Numbered from the stretch's first letter, positions 12,244-25,749 are shown. The stretch: 49,276 nucleotides of DNA from Burkholderiales bacterium (GCA_035319205.1 DATHDD010000047.1:1-49276), one strand, 5' to 3'. Translations and numbers: made by a program. Notes: a model not told the origin generated them from the letters alone.

Positions 12244-14838
12244 ATGCTTTCTTCAACCCCTCTCTCCGTATCCGCGCACACCGAAGTTACGATTAAGCGC
12301 TGGAAGCAGCTCCTCATAGAGCGCCGCTCGGCTTTGCAAGAGGATTACCAGAAGCATCCCTTTCCACCGCGCCTGCTCAATCATCACCGCAAATTGATTG
12401 ACGGGATCCTGCAAGACATATTCAGGGTTTTGGAATTGCCCAAAACCCTTTCGCTGCTCGCTGTAGGCGGTTATGGGCGTGGGCAGCTTTTCCCGTATTC
12501 TGACATCGATCTGCTAATTCTGCTCAGGAATGAAGCGGATCTTGTCTTACAGCAGCAATTGGAAAGGCTCATCGGCCTGCTTTGGGATATCGGCATGGAA
12601 GTGGGCCACAGCGTGCGCACCATAGCAGAATGTCAGGAACAAGCGCGCAAAGACGTTACTGTGCAAACCACGTTGATGGAAGCCCGTTTGCTTTGCGGCA
12701 GTCCCGGCTTGTTTAAAAAGTTTTCCCGGGCAACTCTCGCAATAATGGACAGAGCAAGCTTTTTCCAGGCCAAACAACTGGAACAACAGCAGCGCCACGC
12801 CCGCTTTTACGATACCGCCAACAACCTGGAACCCAACTTAAAGGAAAGTCCCGGGGGTTTGCGCGACTTGCAGAACATTTTATGGATCAGCCAGGCCTGT
12901 GGTCTGGGAACGTCCTGGGAGGCTTTGGCCAAGCATGGCCTGATTTCCAGGCACGAAGCGCGCCAGATCAAAAGCCACGAATTGTTCCTGCAGGACCTGA
13001 GAATCCGCCTGCACTACCTTGCCAGCCGCAGGGAAGACCGGCTCATGTTCGATTACCAGGGAACGCTGGCCCGGCAATTCGGGTTAATTGACAGCGGCAA
13101 CTACCGAGCCAGCGAAATTTTAATGCAGCGTTACTATCAAACCGCCAAATCGGTCAATCAGCTCAACACTATTTTGCTGCAAAACCTGCGTACCAGAATC
13201 ACGCCCTTGGTTTCGGTCGCTGCGTTTCCCCTTAATGAGCGTTTCCAGCAACATGGCGAATTGCTGGAGGCCTGCACTGAAGATTTATTTGAGCGGGAGC
13301 CTTCAGCGATACTCGAAAGTTTCCTGTTGCTGCAGCAGCACCCGGAACTTAAAGATATGAGCGCATCCACATTGCGCGCGCTGTGGCGCGCGAGGGGAAG
13401 AGTCAGTCAAGCCTTTCGCCGCGATTCTAAAAATCGCGCCCTTTTCATGCAGATTTTGCGCCAGCCTTCCGGCATCACCCGTGAGCTGCGCAGGATGAAC
13501 CAGTACGGCATTCTCGGGCGTTACCTACCGGCGTTTGGCCGGGTAGTCGGTCAGATGCAGCACGACCTGTTCCATGTGTACACCGTGGATGAACACATTC
13601 TAAGAGTGGTGCGAAATCTGCGACGCTTCACAATGGCCGAGTTCGCGCATGAGTACCCTTTGTGTAGCCGGTTGATGAGCGAATTTCCACGGCAGGAAGT
13701 ATTGATTCTCGCGGGTTTGTTTCATGACATAGCCAAGGGACGCGGCGGCGATCATTCGCAACTCGGCAGCGCTGACGCCAAGCGCTTCTGCAAGCAGCAT
13801 GGCCTAAGCACTGAGGACACCAATCTGGTTGCATGGCTGGTGGAAAACCACCTGATGATGTCCTCCACAGCGCAGAAACAAGATTTGTCCGATCCCGAAG
13901 TGATTTCCGCTTTTGCCGCGCGTGTCGGCAGCGAGCGCCGCCTCAACGCCCTGTATTTGCTGACAGTGGCGGATATCCGCGGCACCAGCCCAAATGTATG
14001 GAATGCTTGGAAAGCCAAGCTACTGGAAGACTTGTTCTGGACCGCGCACCGGCGGCTGAGCGGGGACACCGCACCGCAGGAGGGGTATTTACAATTGCGG
14101 CAGACTGAAGCGCTTAATATCATCCGCCTTTATGCCTTGAGCGAACATGCGCACGAAGCGCTTTGGTCACAACTTGATACCGGGTATTTCCTGCGCCATG
14201 ACGCCCAGGAAATTGCCTGGCATACGCGCCAACTCTGGGCTAAGGTGAACACGCAACTACCGGTGGTCAAAGCACGGCTCTCCCCTATCGGCGAAGGTTT
14301 GCAGGTGTTGATTTATACTCCCGACCAGAAAGGGCTGTTTGCGCGAATTTGCGGATTTTTCGAGCGCATCAATTACAACATCGTCGAGGCCAAAGTTCAC
14401 ACCACGCGGCACCACTATGCACTCGACAGTTTCTTGGTGCTCGATCCGGCGAATAAAACCGGCCATTACCGCGACCTGATTGGATTTGTTGAACATGAGC
14501 TGGCCCACCGCATCGCAACACAGGCGCCGCTGGAACCTCCTGTCAAAGGCCGCTTGAGCCGGCATGTGAAACATTTCCCTATTGCGCCGGAAGTGAACAT
14601 CAGGCAGGACGAGAGAGGTGCTTACCACGTGATGTCTGTCACTGCAGGTGACCGCCCGGGCTTGCTCTACAGCATTGCACGCGTACTCGTGAATTACGGC
14701 GTCGATGTGCACACTGCGAAAATCAATACTCTGGGGGAAAGGGCCGAGGATGTATTCCTGATCAGCGGAGACGTGCTCAACGATTCAAAAGCTGTCGTGC
14801 GGCTGGAAGCGGATTTGCTGGAAGCGCTTGCCCTGTAG
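12244..14838 (+). CDS. glnD: bifunctional PII uridylyltransferase/uridylyl-removing enzyme
   Basis: 864 aa with a nucleotidyltransferase motif (AVGGYGRGQLFPYSDIDLLIL), an HD domain (LFHDIAKGRGGDHS) and two ACT-like C-terminal repeats. Follows map. Confidence 0.94.
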   Translation: MLSSTPLSVSAHTEVTIKRWKQLLIERRSALQEDYQKHPFPPRLLNHHRKLIDGILQDIFRVLELPKTLSLLAVGGYGRGQLFPYSDIDLLILLRNEADLVLQQQLERLIGLLWDIGMEVGHSVRTIAECQEQARKDVTVQTTLMEARLLCGSPGLFKKFSRATLAIMDRASFFQAKQLEQQQRHARFYDTANNLEPNLKESPGGLRDLQNILWISQACGLGTSWEALAKHGLISRHEARQIKSHELFLQDLRIRLHYLASRREDRLMFDYQGTLARQFGLIDSGNYRASEILMQRYYQTAKSVNQLNTILLQNLRTRITPLVSVAAFPLNERFQQHGELLEACTEDLFEREPSAILESFLLLQQHPELKDMSASTLRALWRARGRVSQAFRRDSKNRALFMQILRQPSGITRELRRMNQYGILGRYLPAFGRVVGQMQHDLFHVYTVDEHILRVVRNLRRFTMAEFAHEYPLCSRLMSEFPRQEVLILAGLFHDIAKGRGGDHSQLGSADAKRFCKQHGLSTEDTNLVAWLVENHLMMSSTAQKQDLSDPEVISAFAARVGSERRLNALYLLTVADIRGTSPNVWNAWKAKLLEDLFWTAHRRLSGDTAPQEGYLQLRQTEALNIIRLYALSEHAHEALWSQLDTGYFLRHDAQEIAWHTRQLWAKVNTQLPVVKARLSPIGEGLQVLIYTPDQKGLFARICGFFERINYNIVEAKVHTTRHHYALDSFLVLDPANKTGHYRDLIGFVEHELAHRIATQAPLEPPVKGRLSRHVKHFPIAPEVNIRQDERGAYHVMSVTAGDRPGLLYSIARVLVNYGVDVHTAKINTLGERAEDVFLISGDVLNDSKAVVRLEADLLEALAL

Positions 14839-14845
14839 AAAACGC

Positions 14846-15379
14846 TTACTCGTCCTGAACGATCTGCCCGGGAAACAGCACTTCATTGTAGCCAAAATTG
14901 CGTATATCGCGGATTCGCATCGGATAAAGTATTCCCTGCAAATGATCGTATTCATGCTGCACTACGCGCGCATGGAATCCGCTCACACTGCGCTCTATGG
15001 TTTTGCCGTACTGATCGCATCCCTGATAGTGCAAGCGCTTGTAGCGGGGCACCAAGCCGCGCATCCCGGGAACGCTCAGGCAGCCTTCCCAGTCTTCCTC
15101 CATTTCCCGATCCAGAGACGCTATCTTGGGATTGATGAGCACGGTATATGGCACTTCCTCGGCGTCGGGATAGCGCGGGTTGCGGGTCACGCCGAAAATC
15201 ACCACTTGTAGGCCGACGCCGATCTGCGGCGCGGCAAGCCCTGCGCCGTTCAGCGCCTCCATGGTATGGTGCATGTCCCGAACCAGTTCGTGCAATTGCG
15301 GCGTGTCAAATTCCATGACCGGTTTGGCCACTTCAAGCAGGCGCGGGTCGCCCATTTTCAATACCGGTTTAACTGCCAT
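14846..15379 (-). CDS. def: peptide deformylase (paralogue not linked to fmt)
   Basis: 177 aa carrying the three PDF motifs [18 protein letters not shown] and HEYDHLQG. Confidence 0.9.
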   Translation of the reverse strand: MAVKPVLKMGDPRLLEVAKPVMEFDTPQLHELVRDMHHTMEALNGAGLAAPQIGVGLQVVIFGVTRNPRYPDAEEVPYTVLINPKIASLDREMEEDWEGCLSVPGMRGLVPRYKRLHYQGCDQYGKTIERSVSGFHARVVQHEYDHLQGILYPMRIRDIRNFGYNEVLFPGQIVQDE

Positions 15380-16115
15380 CGTGCTCCACCAGTTTTTCGA
15401 TTATGGTTTTTACACGTTCCAGGTATTTTTGCATGGCCGCTTCCAGGTTCACAAAATTAATTTCACTTTTACTTGAACCCTTGCCCGCGGCGTAGTTCGC
15501 CACAACGGCTATGGTGGCATAACACAGTCCAAGTTCGCGGGCCAATGCCGCCTCAGGCATGCTGGTCATGCCCACCATATCAGCTCCGTCGCGCTCAAGC
15601 CGTCTGATTTCCGCCGCGCTTTCCAAGCGCGGTCCCTGCGTGGCGCCATACACTCCGCCCGCTACCACTTTTTGTTTGGCTTGTTCTGCCGCTTTTATCA
15701 AGCGCTGGCGCAGATCTTCGCAATAAGGCCAGGTGAAATCAATGTGCGTGACTGGTTTTTCCGGGCTGTCATAAAAGGTGGATTTGCGTCCGTGGGTGTA
15801 ATCGATAATCTGGTCGGGAATGGCAAGAGCGCCCGGTGTTAAATCGGAGCGTATACCGCCTACCGAAGCAACCGATACCACGTGCGTGACGTGTTGCTTA
15901 TGCAGCGCCCAGATATTGGCTCGGTAATTCACCTGATGCGGCGGAATGGTATGGCCATAACCGTGGCGCGCCAAAAATATTACGTCGCTCCCGCCAATCT
16001 TGCCGAAAGTTAATGCGCCAGAAGGTTCCCCGTAAGGGGTGCGGATTACCCTGCGATACGACATTTCCAGGTTTGCGAGCTTGGTAAGGCCGGTGCCGCC
16101 GATGATCGCGAGCAT
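15369..16115 (-). CDS. mtnP: S-methyl-5'-thioadenosine/thioinosine phosphorylase (MTAP/MTIP family)
   Basis: 248 aa with [29 protein letters not shown] and [12 protein letters not shown]. It closely resembles the Pseudomonas MTIP sequence as I remember it. Confidence 0.82.
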   Translation of the reverse strand: MLAIIGGTGLTKLANLEMSYRRVIRTPYGEPSGALTFGKIGGSDVIFLARHGYGHTIPPHQVNYRANIWALHKQHVTHVVSVASVGGIRSDLTPGALAIPDQIIDYTHGRKSTFYDSPEKPVTHIDFTWPYCEDLRQRLIKAAEQAKQKVVAGGVYGATQGPRLESAAEIRRLERDGADMVGMTSMPEAALARELGLCYATIAVVANYAAGKGSSKSEINFVNLEAAMQKYLERVKTIIEKLVEHDGS

Positions 16116-16149
16116 GCTGTTTGACTTCCCTGAGTTTAGAGTAACTCGC

Positions 16150-16695
16150 TTATTTTAATGCATAGATGGCCGGCAAATTGCGCCATGCGCCGTATACATC
16201 CATGCCGTAGCCGAAAACATAGCGGTTGGGTACGGTCACGCCCACAAAATCCGCCTGTATGGGTTTGGGTTTGCCGATATCTTTATTGGCAAGCACGGCG
16301 CTGAAAAAAGATTTTGCGCCAGCATTCAAAATCCGTTCACGAATCGCCGCCAGCGTCCGTCCTTCATCGAGTATGTCATCCAGAACCAGTACTGTTCTTC
16401 CTTTTACGTTCTCCCGTGGAGCAACTTTCCAGTTTATTTCACCGCCGCTGGTATCGTCGTCGTAACGCGATACGTGAATATAGTCAAAATCCAATGGAAA
16501 ACCTAGAAGCGGCAGCAAATGCCCGGTAAACACCACTGACCCACCCATCACACTTAATACCAAGGGCTGTTTGTCGGAAAGCTTCGCTGCAATCTCCCGT
16601 GCCACGCGTTTTACAGCTTCAGACACAATAACGGCGGAACACACCTGTTCCGCCGTATCTAGAATATCCCGGGCTTTTTCGTATGTAAGCTTCAA
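16150..16695 (-). CDS. hpt: hypoxanthine/guanine phosphoribosyltransferase family protein
   Basis: 181 aa type I PRTase with the PRPP-binding loop VLVLDDILDEGRTL. Adjacent to the purine-salvage phosphorylase. Confidence 0.75.
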   Translation of the reverse strand: MKLTYEKARDILDTAEQVCSAVIVSEAVKRVAREIAAKLSDKQPLVLSVMGGSVVFTGHLLPLLGFPLDFDYIHVSRYDDDTSGGEINWKVAPRENVKGRTVLVLDDILDEGRTLAAIRERILNAGAKSFFSAVLANKDIGKPKPIQADFVGVTVPNRYVFGYGMDVYGAWRNLPAIYALK

Positions 16696-16727
16696 TCTAG
16701 AGTGAAAGCTGAATATGAGCCAGCAGA

Positions 16728-17645
16728 TTATACCCGGCCTGATTTCGGCACGCGACAGCCTAGCGAGGAAAGGTATGCACTAAAATCCTTTCCCACCTCA
16801 GGATGTTTTACCGCGAATGCCATGGTTGCTTTAAGGTAGCCCAGCTTGGAGCCGCAGTCGTAGCGCGTGCCGTCAAACTCGTATGCAAATGCTTTTTCTT
16901 CTTTTAGCAGGGAAGCTATTCCATCGGTAAGCTGAATTTCTCCTCCCGCGCCAGGCTTTACCTTACGCAAATGATGAAAAATCCGCGGGGTCAGAATATA
17001 CCGCCCCACCACCCCGAGGGTAGAAGGTGCTTCGCTGGGCTTGGGTTTTTCCACAATGCCGGTGATGACGTGAAGTTTTGGCTCCACATCTTTCCCGCTT
17101 TTTACAATGCCGTACTGTGATGTATCCTGTCTCGCAACGTTTTGCACCCCCAATATTGAAAATTGATGCATGCGGTAAATTTTTATCATCTGTTGGATAG
17201 CCGATGGCTTGGCGTCTATAAGGTCATCCGCTAGAATTACAGCGAAAGGCTCCTCGCTGATTAGATTGGCAGCGCACAGCACGGCATGCCCAAGGCCAAG
17301 CGCCCGCGGCTGCCGTACGTAAGCGCAGCTTACATGCTTAGGGATGATATTCTGCACCGATTTGACCAGTTCCCCTTTGCCTCTGGCATGCAGCCTTGCT
17401 TCTATTTCATCCGCTTCATCGAAATGGTCCTCGATAGCGCGCTTTCCACGGCCGGTGATGAACACCAATTCGGTAATGCCTGCATGCAACGCTTCCTCCA
17501 CGGCATACTGAATTAAAGGTTTGTCCACTATCGGCAGCATTTCTTTGGGACTGGCCTTGGTCGCAGGCAAGAAACGGGTACCCATTCCGGCGACGGGGAA
17601 CACCGCTTTGCGGATTTGATTCGCGCTTTTTCTGTTGAAATCCAT
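16728..17645 (-). CDS. galU: UTP--glucose-1-phosphate uridylyltransferase
   Basis: 305 aa with [25 protein letters not shown] and a VEKP motif. Confidence 0.92.
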   Translation of the reverse strand: MDFNRKSANQIRKAVFPVAGMGTRFLPATKASPKEMLPIVDKPLIQYAVEEALHAGITELVFITGRGKRAIEDHFDEADEIEARLHARGKGELVKSVQNIIPKHVSCAYVRQPRALGLGHAVLCAANLISEEPFAVILADDLIDAKPSAIQQMIKIYRMHQFSILGVQNVARQDTSQYGIVKSGKDVEPKLHVITGIVEKPKPSEAPSTLGVVGRYILTPRIFHHLRKVKPGAGGEIQLTDGIASLLKEEKAFAYEFDGTRYDCGSKLGYLKATMAFAVKHPEVGKDFSAYLSSLGCRVPKSGRV

Positions 17646-17646
17646 T

Positions 17647-19668
<2,022 letters not shown>

Positions 19669-20742
19669 TCAGGAAAACAGCCTCAGTGCGCGCGAGCTTC
19701 CGGCGCTGATATTGCGCTGATCCATGGCAGCATAGACTGCTCGCAACTGTTGCCGGATTTTTTCTATGCCGGATTCGTTAAGCGGAATACGGTTATCGTC
19801 CACCAGAATTCCGTTCAAAGATGCGGCAAATTGTCTAGCGCAGGCTAGCATCTGGTCAAATACGCGCATTCCGGAGGCAACACGCGGCACATCCAGCAGT
19901 AAGGTCACACCGCGGATGGACAGGTTTTTAATTTGATCCGGTGTAAACAGTACTGCTTCGTGACTGCTCAGGGTAAATAAGCTCTCCCCCTGTTCATTGA
20001 GAAAATGGAATGCGCCGTCACCCAGCAGTTTAAACCCGGCAGCTTCGCTCAAAGCCCGCAGCTTGGTTCCTTGAAACGTTTGGTCTTCTTGAGCAATAAC
20101 ATTTAATCCTATGGATATATCCACACCGGCGCAGAATTTGTCGAGTTCCGCCGCCGTGCTGAGAGCGGCTTTTCGCTCCGGAAATTGGGCTGCTGCACGT
20201 GTATTCTCCGCAAATCCTTGGAGCATGTCACAAAACAACGCAAGCTGTGATTCATTCACAAAACCGGAGCGATCCGCAAGCTGCAAGCCTATTTTTATTC
20301 GGGCGTACTTGGCCTCGATGGCCTCATCAAGTTTTTCCCAAGCCGTGCCTTTTTCGCGGTAACCCAAGCAAATTGCCCGGCGACCGAATTCCAAAAGATA
20401 TTTTAAAAGTGTTTTTATGACATCTGGAGGAAATGGCTCGCTGCGGCTGATTTCTGCAATAAACATTATTTCCGGATCCAGCACTCCAGCAACTTTATCT
20501 GCCGCTGGTTTATCAATCACATCACCCTGCTCCGCGATGGCGGGCTCCCGTAGCTGCGGTTCCAACCTACCATCAACGGTGCCGGAAACACCCTGAGGCT
20601 CCAGTAATACATCCTGTAAATTGTCTTGAAATGCCGTTTCGGAATTGCGGCGGTATTTTCTTTCCTGCAGCCAGTTGAAAAAATAAGTTGCCGCAACTAT
20701 CAATATGCCGATAATCAATAGGCTTAGCTGCAAGTCACTCAT
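19669..20742 (-). CDS. zipA: cell division protein ZipA
   Basis: N-terminal TM anchor (LSLLIIGILIVAATYFF), a charged linker and a C-terminal ZipA-type domain, in the conserved smc-zipA-ligA order. ATG 20742 is preferred over the TTG at 20760 used by the track. Confidence 0.8.
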   Translation of the reverse strand: MSDLQLSLLIIGILIVAATYFFNWLQERKYRRNSETAFQDNLQDVLLEPQGVSGTVDGRLEPQLREPAIAEQGDVIDKPAADKVAGVLDPEIMFIAEISRSEPFPPDVIKTLLKYLLEFGRRAICLGYREKGTAWEKLDEAIEAKYARIKIGLQLADRSGFVNESQLALFCDMLQGFAENTRAAAQFPERKAALSTAAELDKFCAGVDISIGLNVIAQEDQTFQGTKLRALSEAAGFKLLGDGAFHFLNEQGESLFTLSSHEAVLFTPDQIKNLSIRGVTLLLDVPRVASGMRVFDQMLACARQFAASLNGILVDDNRIPLNESGIEKIRQQLRAVYAAMDQRNISAGSSRALRLFS

Positions 20743-20752
20743 TGGCTTAATC

Positions 20753-23700
20753 TCAAGCAACCGCTTCTTCCCTCAACTTCATGGCCTCTTCGATGTCCAC
20801 CGACACCACACGGGATACACCCAATTCCTGCATGGTAACGCCAATCAGCTGGTGGGCGATTTCCATAGTGATTTTATTATGGCTGATGAATATAAACTGG
20901 GTTTGTTCCGACATTTTTCTTAACAACTCGCAGAAATTCTCGGTGTTGGTGTCGTCGAGCGGTGCATCAACCTCATCCAGCATGCAAAACGGGGCCGGGT
21001 TAAGCTGAAACAGAGAAAAGATCAGCGCCAGTGCGACCAGCGCTTTTTCTCCACCCGACAGCAAATGGATTGTGGAGTTCTTCTTGCCTGGTGGCTGCGC
21101 GATCACTTGTACTCCGCTGTCGAGTATTTCTTCCCCGCTTAACACCAGCCGCGCCTGTCCGCCCCCGAACAGCATGGGAAACATTTGGTCGAGATGCCGA
21201 TTGATGGCGTCGAAGGTTTCCATAAGGCGGGCCCGGGTTTCACGGTCTATGCGGCGAATGGCGTTTTCCAGGGTTTCCATCGCTTCCTCAAGGTCCTTGG
21301 CTTGGCTGTCGAGATAGGATTTGCGCTCAGTGGTGCTTTGCAGTTCTTCCGGCGCGGCCAGATTGACAGCGCCCATGGCAGTGAGCTCCTGATTAAGGCG
21401 GTTGATATCCGCTTGCAGCACAGAGGATTTTGTACCCTTCTGTAACAGTGCGCTTAATTCTTCTTCGTTGGCTGTTTGTAACTGCTCGCGGTATTGCTCT
21501 TCATTGAGGCGCGCTTCCTGCTCTTTAAGGCGCAACTCGTTGATCCGGCTGCGAAGGGGCTCAAGTTTTCCCTCTGATACCAGTCTTTCCTCCTCGGATT
21601 TCTGCAAGCTAAGGGTCACTTCGTCCAATAAATTGCGTGCAGTATTAAGCGCCTGCTCCTTGTCTTGTCTGGCCTGCAGCGCTTGCTGCAACTGTTGCTT
21701 GACCGAGTTATCATCAAAGCTGAGCAGCTCGGAATTGATATTTTGCATGTTCTGCTGGAGGACATTTATCTGTTCATCCAAAACCTTAATATTATTAGTT
21801 ATCTCACTGATTCTATGTATATATGACTTTTCATTAAACAGCGCTTCGTGAACAGCTTGCTGGACTTGGCTGTGCTTTGCTCGTTGTGCATTAAGGCGGG
21901 TTTCAGCATCCCTGCGCTGCCGATCAGTGTCCAGCACCTGCTCTTCAAGATCCGCAATTTGACTGAGGTAGCGGGCAAGATTGTTATCCGCATGTTGCTG
22001 CTGTTGGGCCGCGTTTTGCTGTTGTTCGTTGATTTCAGCGAGTTCCAGGGTTATTTGTTCAGCGCGACGCCGGAATTGCTCCGAGCTTTGAGTCAGGCTT
22101 AGCATTTCAATTTGGACTTGGTGTTGCTCCTCCAGCATGTCGTCAATTTCTCTGCGCAAGGGAGAAGTTTCGGATTGCAAAGCCTGCAATTCCTGCGCCA
22201 CGACATCCAATGCGGCCTTGCCCTGCTCCAACGCCAGACGGTGGCTGCTGACTTCACTTTTAAGTTGCTCAATCTCGCGGCTGCTGGCGAGCACACCATG
22301 CATTTCCGAGTCTGCAGCACGAAACGATACACTATAGCGGGTAAATACATGGCCTTCGCGGTTCACCAACATCGCGCCCGGCGGCAACTTTTCACGCAGC
22401 ATGAGCGGCGAGCTTTCCGTGATATAGACATGGCACAACCAGTCTTCAAGCAACGCCTTTATCCGGGAATTGCTGCAGCTTACTAAGCTTGATAAAGTCT
22501 GCATTCCCTGCATAAGTTTGGGTTCCCCGGATAGGCTTTCTCCTTGCACGGCAAATACCGTAAGTTTTACTGGGGGGGTGTCCTCCAGCAAATTTTGCAG
22601 AGCCTCGTCGGGTCCCAACGCTATTGCGTTAAGGCGCTCGCGCAATACGCTTTCCAAGGCATCTTCCCAGCCTGTCTCGATGCGCACTTCCTGCCATAAG
22701 CGCGGAAAGCCTTCGAGATGGTGTTTAGCAAGCCATGGTTGAAGCTTTCCATCCGATTGCAGGCGTTCTTGCAACTGCTTTAGCGTATCCAGACGGGCAA
22801 CGAGCCCCGCCAGGGTCTGCTCCTGGATTTGCAGCTTGCGACTCAGCGTATCCCTCGCTTGTTCCAATTCAGGTAGTCGCTGCTGCAGCGATTCAAGTTT
22901 TTGCTGTTTTTCGCGCAAACCCGAGGCGGCTTGTGTGAGCCGGTCTTGCAGGCGTTGTAAGTCAGCATCATCGGGCTGTGTCAAATCATTGCGTTCTTCA
23001 ATCAAGCGTTCCTGCCGCGCCTGTAATTGCTCCAGCATTTTCAGTGCATGTGCGCGATGCGTGTCCTCGATTTGTGCGCCTTGTTGCGCTTGCGCTATAT
23101 TCTTCTGTGTTTCGTAAGCCCGTGCTTGGCAATCACGGTATAGTTGTTCTGCGGCGGGCAGCAAATCCGTTACCTGAGCGGCATTGCGCTGCGACTCCTC
23201 GATTTGCTTTTGCGCCTTGCTGAGTTCGCCGTTTAATTGTGCCAGTGTTTGCTGGGCGGTTTCACGGTGTTTCCCGAGTTGCTGTCTCTGGTTGTGCAGT
23301 GAAGAAAGCTGTGCTTCCAAACGCTGCCGGTTTTCGAGCATATGCTGGATATGCTGTTCAAGACGCGCTACCTCGGCGTTGGCTGAATAGAGCTTACCCT
23401 GGGCCTGGTGCACCGCATCTCCTGCGCTGTAATGGCCAGTTCGTATTTGTTCGAGGCTTTTTTCCGCTTCCCGCAGCCTCGCGGTTTCCGCTTCCAGTTC
23501 GTTGGTGACTTTTTGAATTTCCTTCTCGGCACGGTGACGGCTTGCTGCTGCGTCCTGTTTTTTAAGAAGCCATAGTAGATTTTGAGTGGTCTGGAGCTGG
23601 CTTTGCAGATTGCGGTACTGTGAGGCGACGCGCGCTTGCTCTTCGAGATGCTGCAGCTGTTTTTCCAGTTCCTGGCGAAAATCTCCAACTCTCAGCAGAT

Positions 23701-24268
23701 TTTCCCGTGTGTCCTTGAGCCGCAACTCGGTTTCACGGCGCCTTTCCCGGTATTTGGATACGCCCGCTGCTTCTTCGAGGAACACCCGCAATTCATCAGG
23801 TCGCGCTTCGATGATCCTGGAAATCATTCCCTGCTCGATAATCGCGTAAGCACGCGGTCCGAGCCCAGTGCCTAGAAAAATATCGGTAACATCGCGGCGC
23901 CGCACATGCGTATTGTTAATGTAATAAGAGGACTCGTTATTTCGCTGCAGGATGCGTTTAATGGAGATTTCGGCATAGCTTGACCATTGCCCGGCGGCTT
24001 TGCCCAAGCTGTTATCAAAAATTAATTCCACACCGGCGCGGCCTACCGGCGCGCGCTCGCCAGAGCCGTTAAAAATCACGTCCTGCATGGTTTCGCCGCG
24101 CAGATGCTTGGCCTGTGATTCCCCCAGCACCCAGCGAACTGCATCTATGAGATTGGACTTGCCGCAGCCGTTAGGGCCGACGATGCCCACCAGCTGTCCC
24201 GGGATGGGAACGTCAGTCGGGTCTACAAAAGACTTGAACCCGGCGAGTTTGATATGAGTGAGGCGCAA
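20753..24268 (-). CDS. smc: chromosome segregation protein SMC
   Basis: 1171 aa with a TTG start, Walker A GPNGCGKSN, long Gln/Glu/Leu coiled coils, a hinge, the signature LSGGEK and Walker B MLDEVDAPLD. Confidence 0.95.
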   Translation of the reverse strand: MRLTHIKLAGFKSFVDPTDVPIPGQLVGIVGPNGCGKSNLIDAVRWVLGESQAKHLRGETMQDVIFNGSGERAPVGRAGVELIFDNSLGKAAGQWSSYAEISIKRILQRNNESSYYINNTHVRRRDVTDIFLGTGLGPRAYAIIEQGMISRIIEARPDELRVFLEEAAGVSKYRERRRETELRLKDTRENLLRVGDFRQELEKQLQHLEEQARVASQYRNLQSQLQTTQNLLWLLKKQDAAASRHRAEKEIQKVTNELEAETARLREAEKSLEQIRTGHYSAGDAVHQAQGKLYSANAEVARLEQHIQHMLENRQRLEAQLSSLHNQRQQLGKHRETAQQTLAQLNGELSKAQKQIEESQRNAAQVTDLLPAAEQLYRDCQARAYETQKNIAQAQQGAQIEDTHRAHALKMLEQLQARQERLIEERNDLTQPDDADLQRLQDRLTQAASGLREKQQKLESLQQRLPELEQARDTLSRKLQIQEQTLAGLVARLDTLKQLQERLQSDGKLQPWLAKHHLEGFPRLWQEVRIETGWEDALESVLRERLNAIALGPDEALQNLLEDTPPVKLTVFAVQGESLSGEPKLMQGMQTLSSLVSCSNSRIKALLEDWLCHVYITESSPLMLREKLPPGAMLVNREGHVFTRYSVSFRAADSEMHGVLASSREIEQLKSEVSSHRLALEQGKAALDVVAQELQALQSETSPLRREIDDMLEEQHQVQIEMLSLTQSSEQFRRRAEQITLELAEINEQQQNAAQQQQHADNNLARYLSQIADLEEQVLDTDRQRRDAETRLNAQRAKHSQVQQAVHEALFNEKSYIHRISEITNNIKVLDEQINVLQQNMQNINSELLSFDDNSVKQQLQQALQARQDKEQALNTARNLLDEVTLSLQKSEEERLVSEGKLEPLRSRINELRLKEQEARLNEEQYREQLQTANEEELSALLQKGTKSSVLQADINRLNQELTAMGAVNLAAPEELQSTTERKSYLDSQAKDLEEAMETLENAIRRIDRETRARLMETFDAINRHLDQMFPMLFGGGQARLVLSGEEILDSGVQVIAQPPGKKNSTIHLLSGGEKALVALALIFSLFQLNPAPFCMLDEVDAPLDDTNTENFCELLRKMSEQTQFIFISHNKITMEIAHQLIGVTMQELGVSRVVSVDIEEAMKLREEAVA

Positions 24269-24367
24269 TTTAAGCTGTAATTTATTGTAATTGGGCCAAA
24301 GGTTATAATTCGCAACGGGAGCATTTTTCTATTCTAACCCATTTGCCCATATGAGCAGAACAAGTTA

Positions 24368-24784
24368 ATGCCAACCAAGCCCAGCAAGACGTTCGACACT
24401 TTCCATAACCCCAAGCCGCAGCGGGATTATCTTATTCACATGGAAATGCCAGAATTTACCTGCCTTTGCCCGAGAACCGGACAACCTGATTTCGCCACGC
24501 TGGTTCTCGAATACATCCCGGATAAGAAATGCGTGGAGCTGAAAAGCCTCAAGCTCTACATCTGGTCGTATCGCAACCAAGGTGCATTCCACGAAGCTGT
24601 CACCAACAGCATCCTCGACGATTTGGTGAAAGCAATTAAGCCGCGTTTCATGCGTCTGACCTCGAAGTTTTACGTGCGTGGCGGGATATTCACCACAGTG
24701 GTTGCGGAGCATCGCAAGCCAGGCTGGGAACCTTCGCCTCGAATAGAATTGCAACAGATCGAAAAGCAGTCGAAAACCGATTGA
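24368..24784 (+). CDS. queF: NADPH-dependent 7-cyano-7-deazaguanine (preQ0) reductase, short type
   Basis: 138 aa with [17 protein letters not shown] and the [10 protein letters not shown] motif. Confidence 0.92.
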   Translation: MPTKPSKTFDTFHNPKPQRDYLIHMEMPEFTCLCPRTGQPDFATLVLEYIPDKKCVELKSLKLYIWSYRNQGAFHEAVTNSILDDLVKAIKPRFMRLTSKFYVRGGIFTTVVAEHRKPGWEPSPRIELQQIEKQSKTD

Positions 24785-24787
24785 TAC

Positions 24788-25714
24788 TCACACCGCTTTC
24801 CCCTGTTCCTCTTGTTCCAGTTGGCCGGATAGCAGGCTCGCCGCGATAATCATAGCCCCGCCCAGCGCTTCAAGCGGCGTCACTGCCTCGCCAGCAAGCC
24901 AGTAAGCCGATGCCGCCCCCACCACCAGCTCAAACATAAAAATTACGATGGCGCGGTTGGCGCTGGTATAACTTAAACCGAATTGCACCAGCGGATTCAC
25001 CAAAAACACCGCGAGCGCAACCAGCAAAACAAGCAGCATGCTATTAAAGCCGAGATTGGATGGCAGCGCATTCCCGGTATATCCGGTAACCAATAAAGCC
25101 AATAACGTTACTCCTGCCCATACGCTGATTGCTTTAATTTGCAGGCTCAGATGGCGTGCTTTCCGCACCAGGACGTTGGCTACTGCGAACATGAAACCAG
25201 ATGACAAGCCCAGCCATTCAGCGCCGTTCTTCGGCAACGGCAGCCAATCCCCAGGGTGCCACAGCATGGTCATCGCACCAGCAAATGAGAGCAGCATCAC
25301 CATCAGGCCGTAACCATTGATGCGTTCTTGAAGCAGAGTATGCGCAAGAATGATTGTCCACAACGGCGCCAGGTAAAACAGCAGCAACACCCGCACCACT
25401 TCACCGTGAATGACTGCCAGCACATATGCCAGATTGGCCCAGCCTGCGCTCAAGCCTATCCACAGCAGAATCACCGGAGCTTGGCGGATTTCTCTGAAAG
25501 AGCCCCGAATTGCAATAAGGCCGCCAACCAATGCAAAGAAATAAGTGACTAAAGTCGCGGTTTCGCCGGAAATACCGGCCTCCTGCAAGACCCGGAACGG
25601 GTACCAGATTAGGCCCCAGACGATTGCCCCGGTCAGCAGCGCCGCAACCGGCAATGCTTTTTGTTTTGTGAACAAACACAGCACCTTTATAATGCGTCGT
25701 TCCCGCCGGCACAT
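24788..25714 (-). CDS. DMT superfamily (EamA-like) transporter
   Basis: 308 aa with about ten hydrophobic helices in two EamA-like halves. The start is uncertain: GTG/TTG alternatives lie 10-13 codons in. Confidence 0.78.
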   Translation of the reverse strand: MCRRERRIIKVLCLFTKQKALPVAALLTGAIVWGLIWYPFRVLQEAGISGETATLVTYFFALVGGLIAIRGSFREIRQAPVILLWIGLSAGWANLAYVLAVIHGEVVRVLLLFYLAPLWTIILAHTLLQERINGYGLMVMLLSFAGAMTMLWHPGDWLPLPKNGAEWLGLSSGFMFAVANVLVRKARHLSLQIKAISVWAGVTLLALLVTGYTGNALPSNLGFNSMLLVLLVALAVFLVNPLVQFGLSYTSANRAIVIFMFELVVGAASAYWLAGEAVTPLEALGGAMIIAASLLSGQLEQEEQGKAV

Positions 25715-25749
25715 ATTAGCGCCGCCGGGCCGAAGACTATACAGCCGCT

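Noticed and set aside
20781-24257. More than 15 plus-strand ORFs of 64-149 aa antisense to smc.
   Set aside because: They are an artefact of the repetitive Gln/Glu/Leu/Ala codon usage of the SMC coiled coils, which leaves few antisense stop codons. The products are low-complexity Ser/Cys/Arg-rich and have no start signals.
24269-24367. Looked for a preQ1 riboswitch or strong promoter upstream of queF. A TATAAT occurs at 24304-24309.
   Set aside because: No preQ1-type hairpin or pseudoknot is visible and the -35 (TTATTG) is poor. This is at most a weak promoter and is not reported as a feature.
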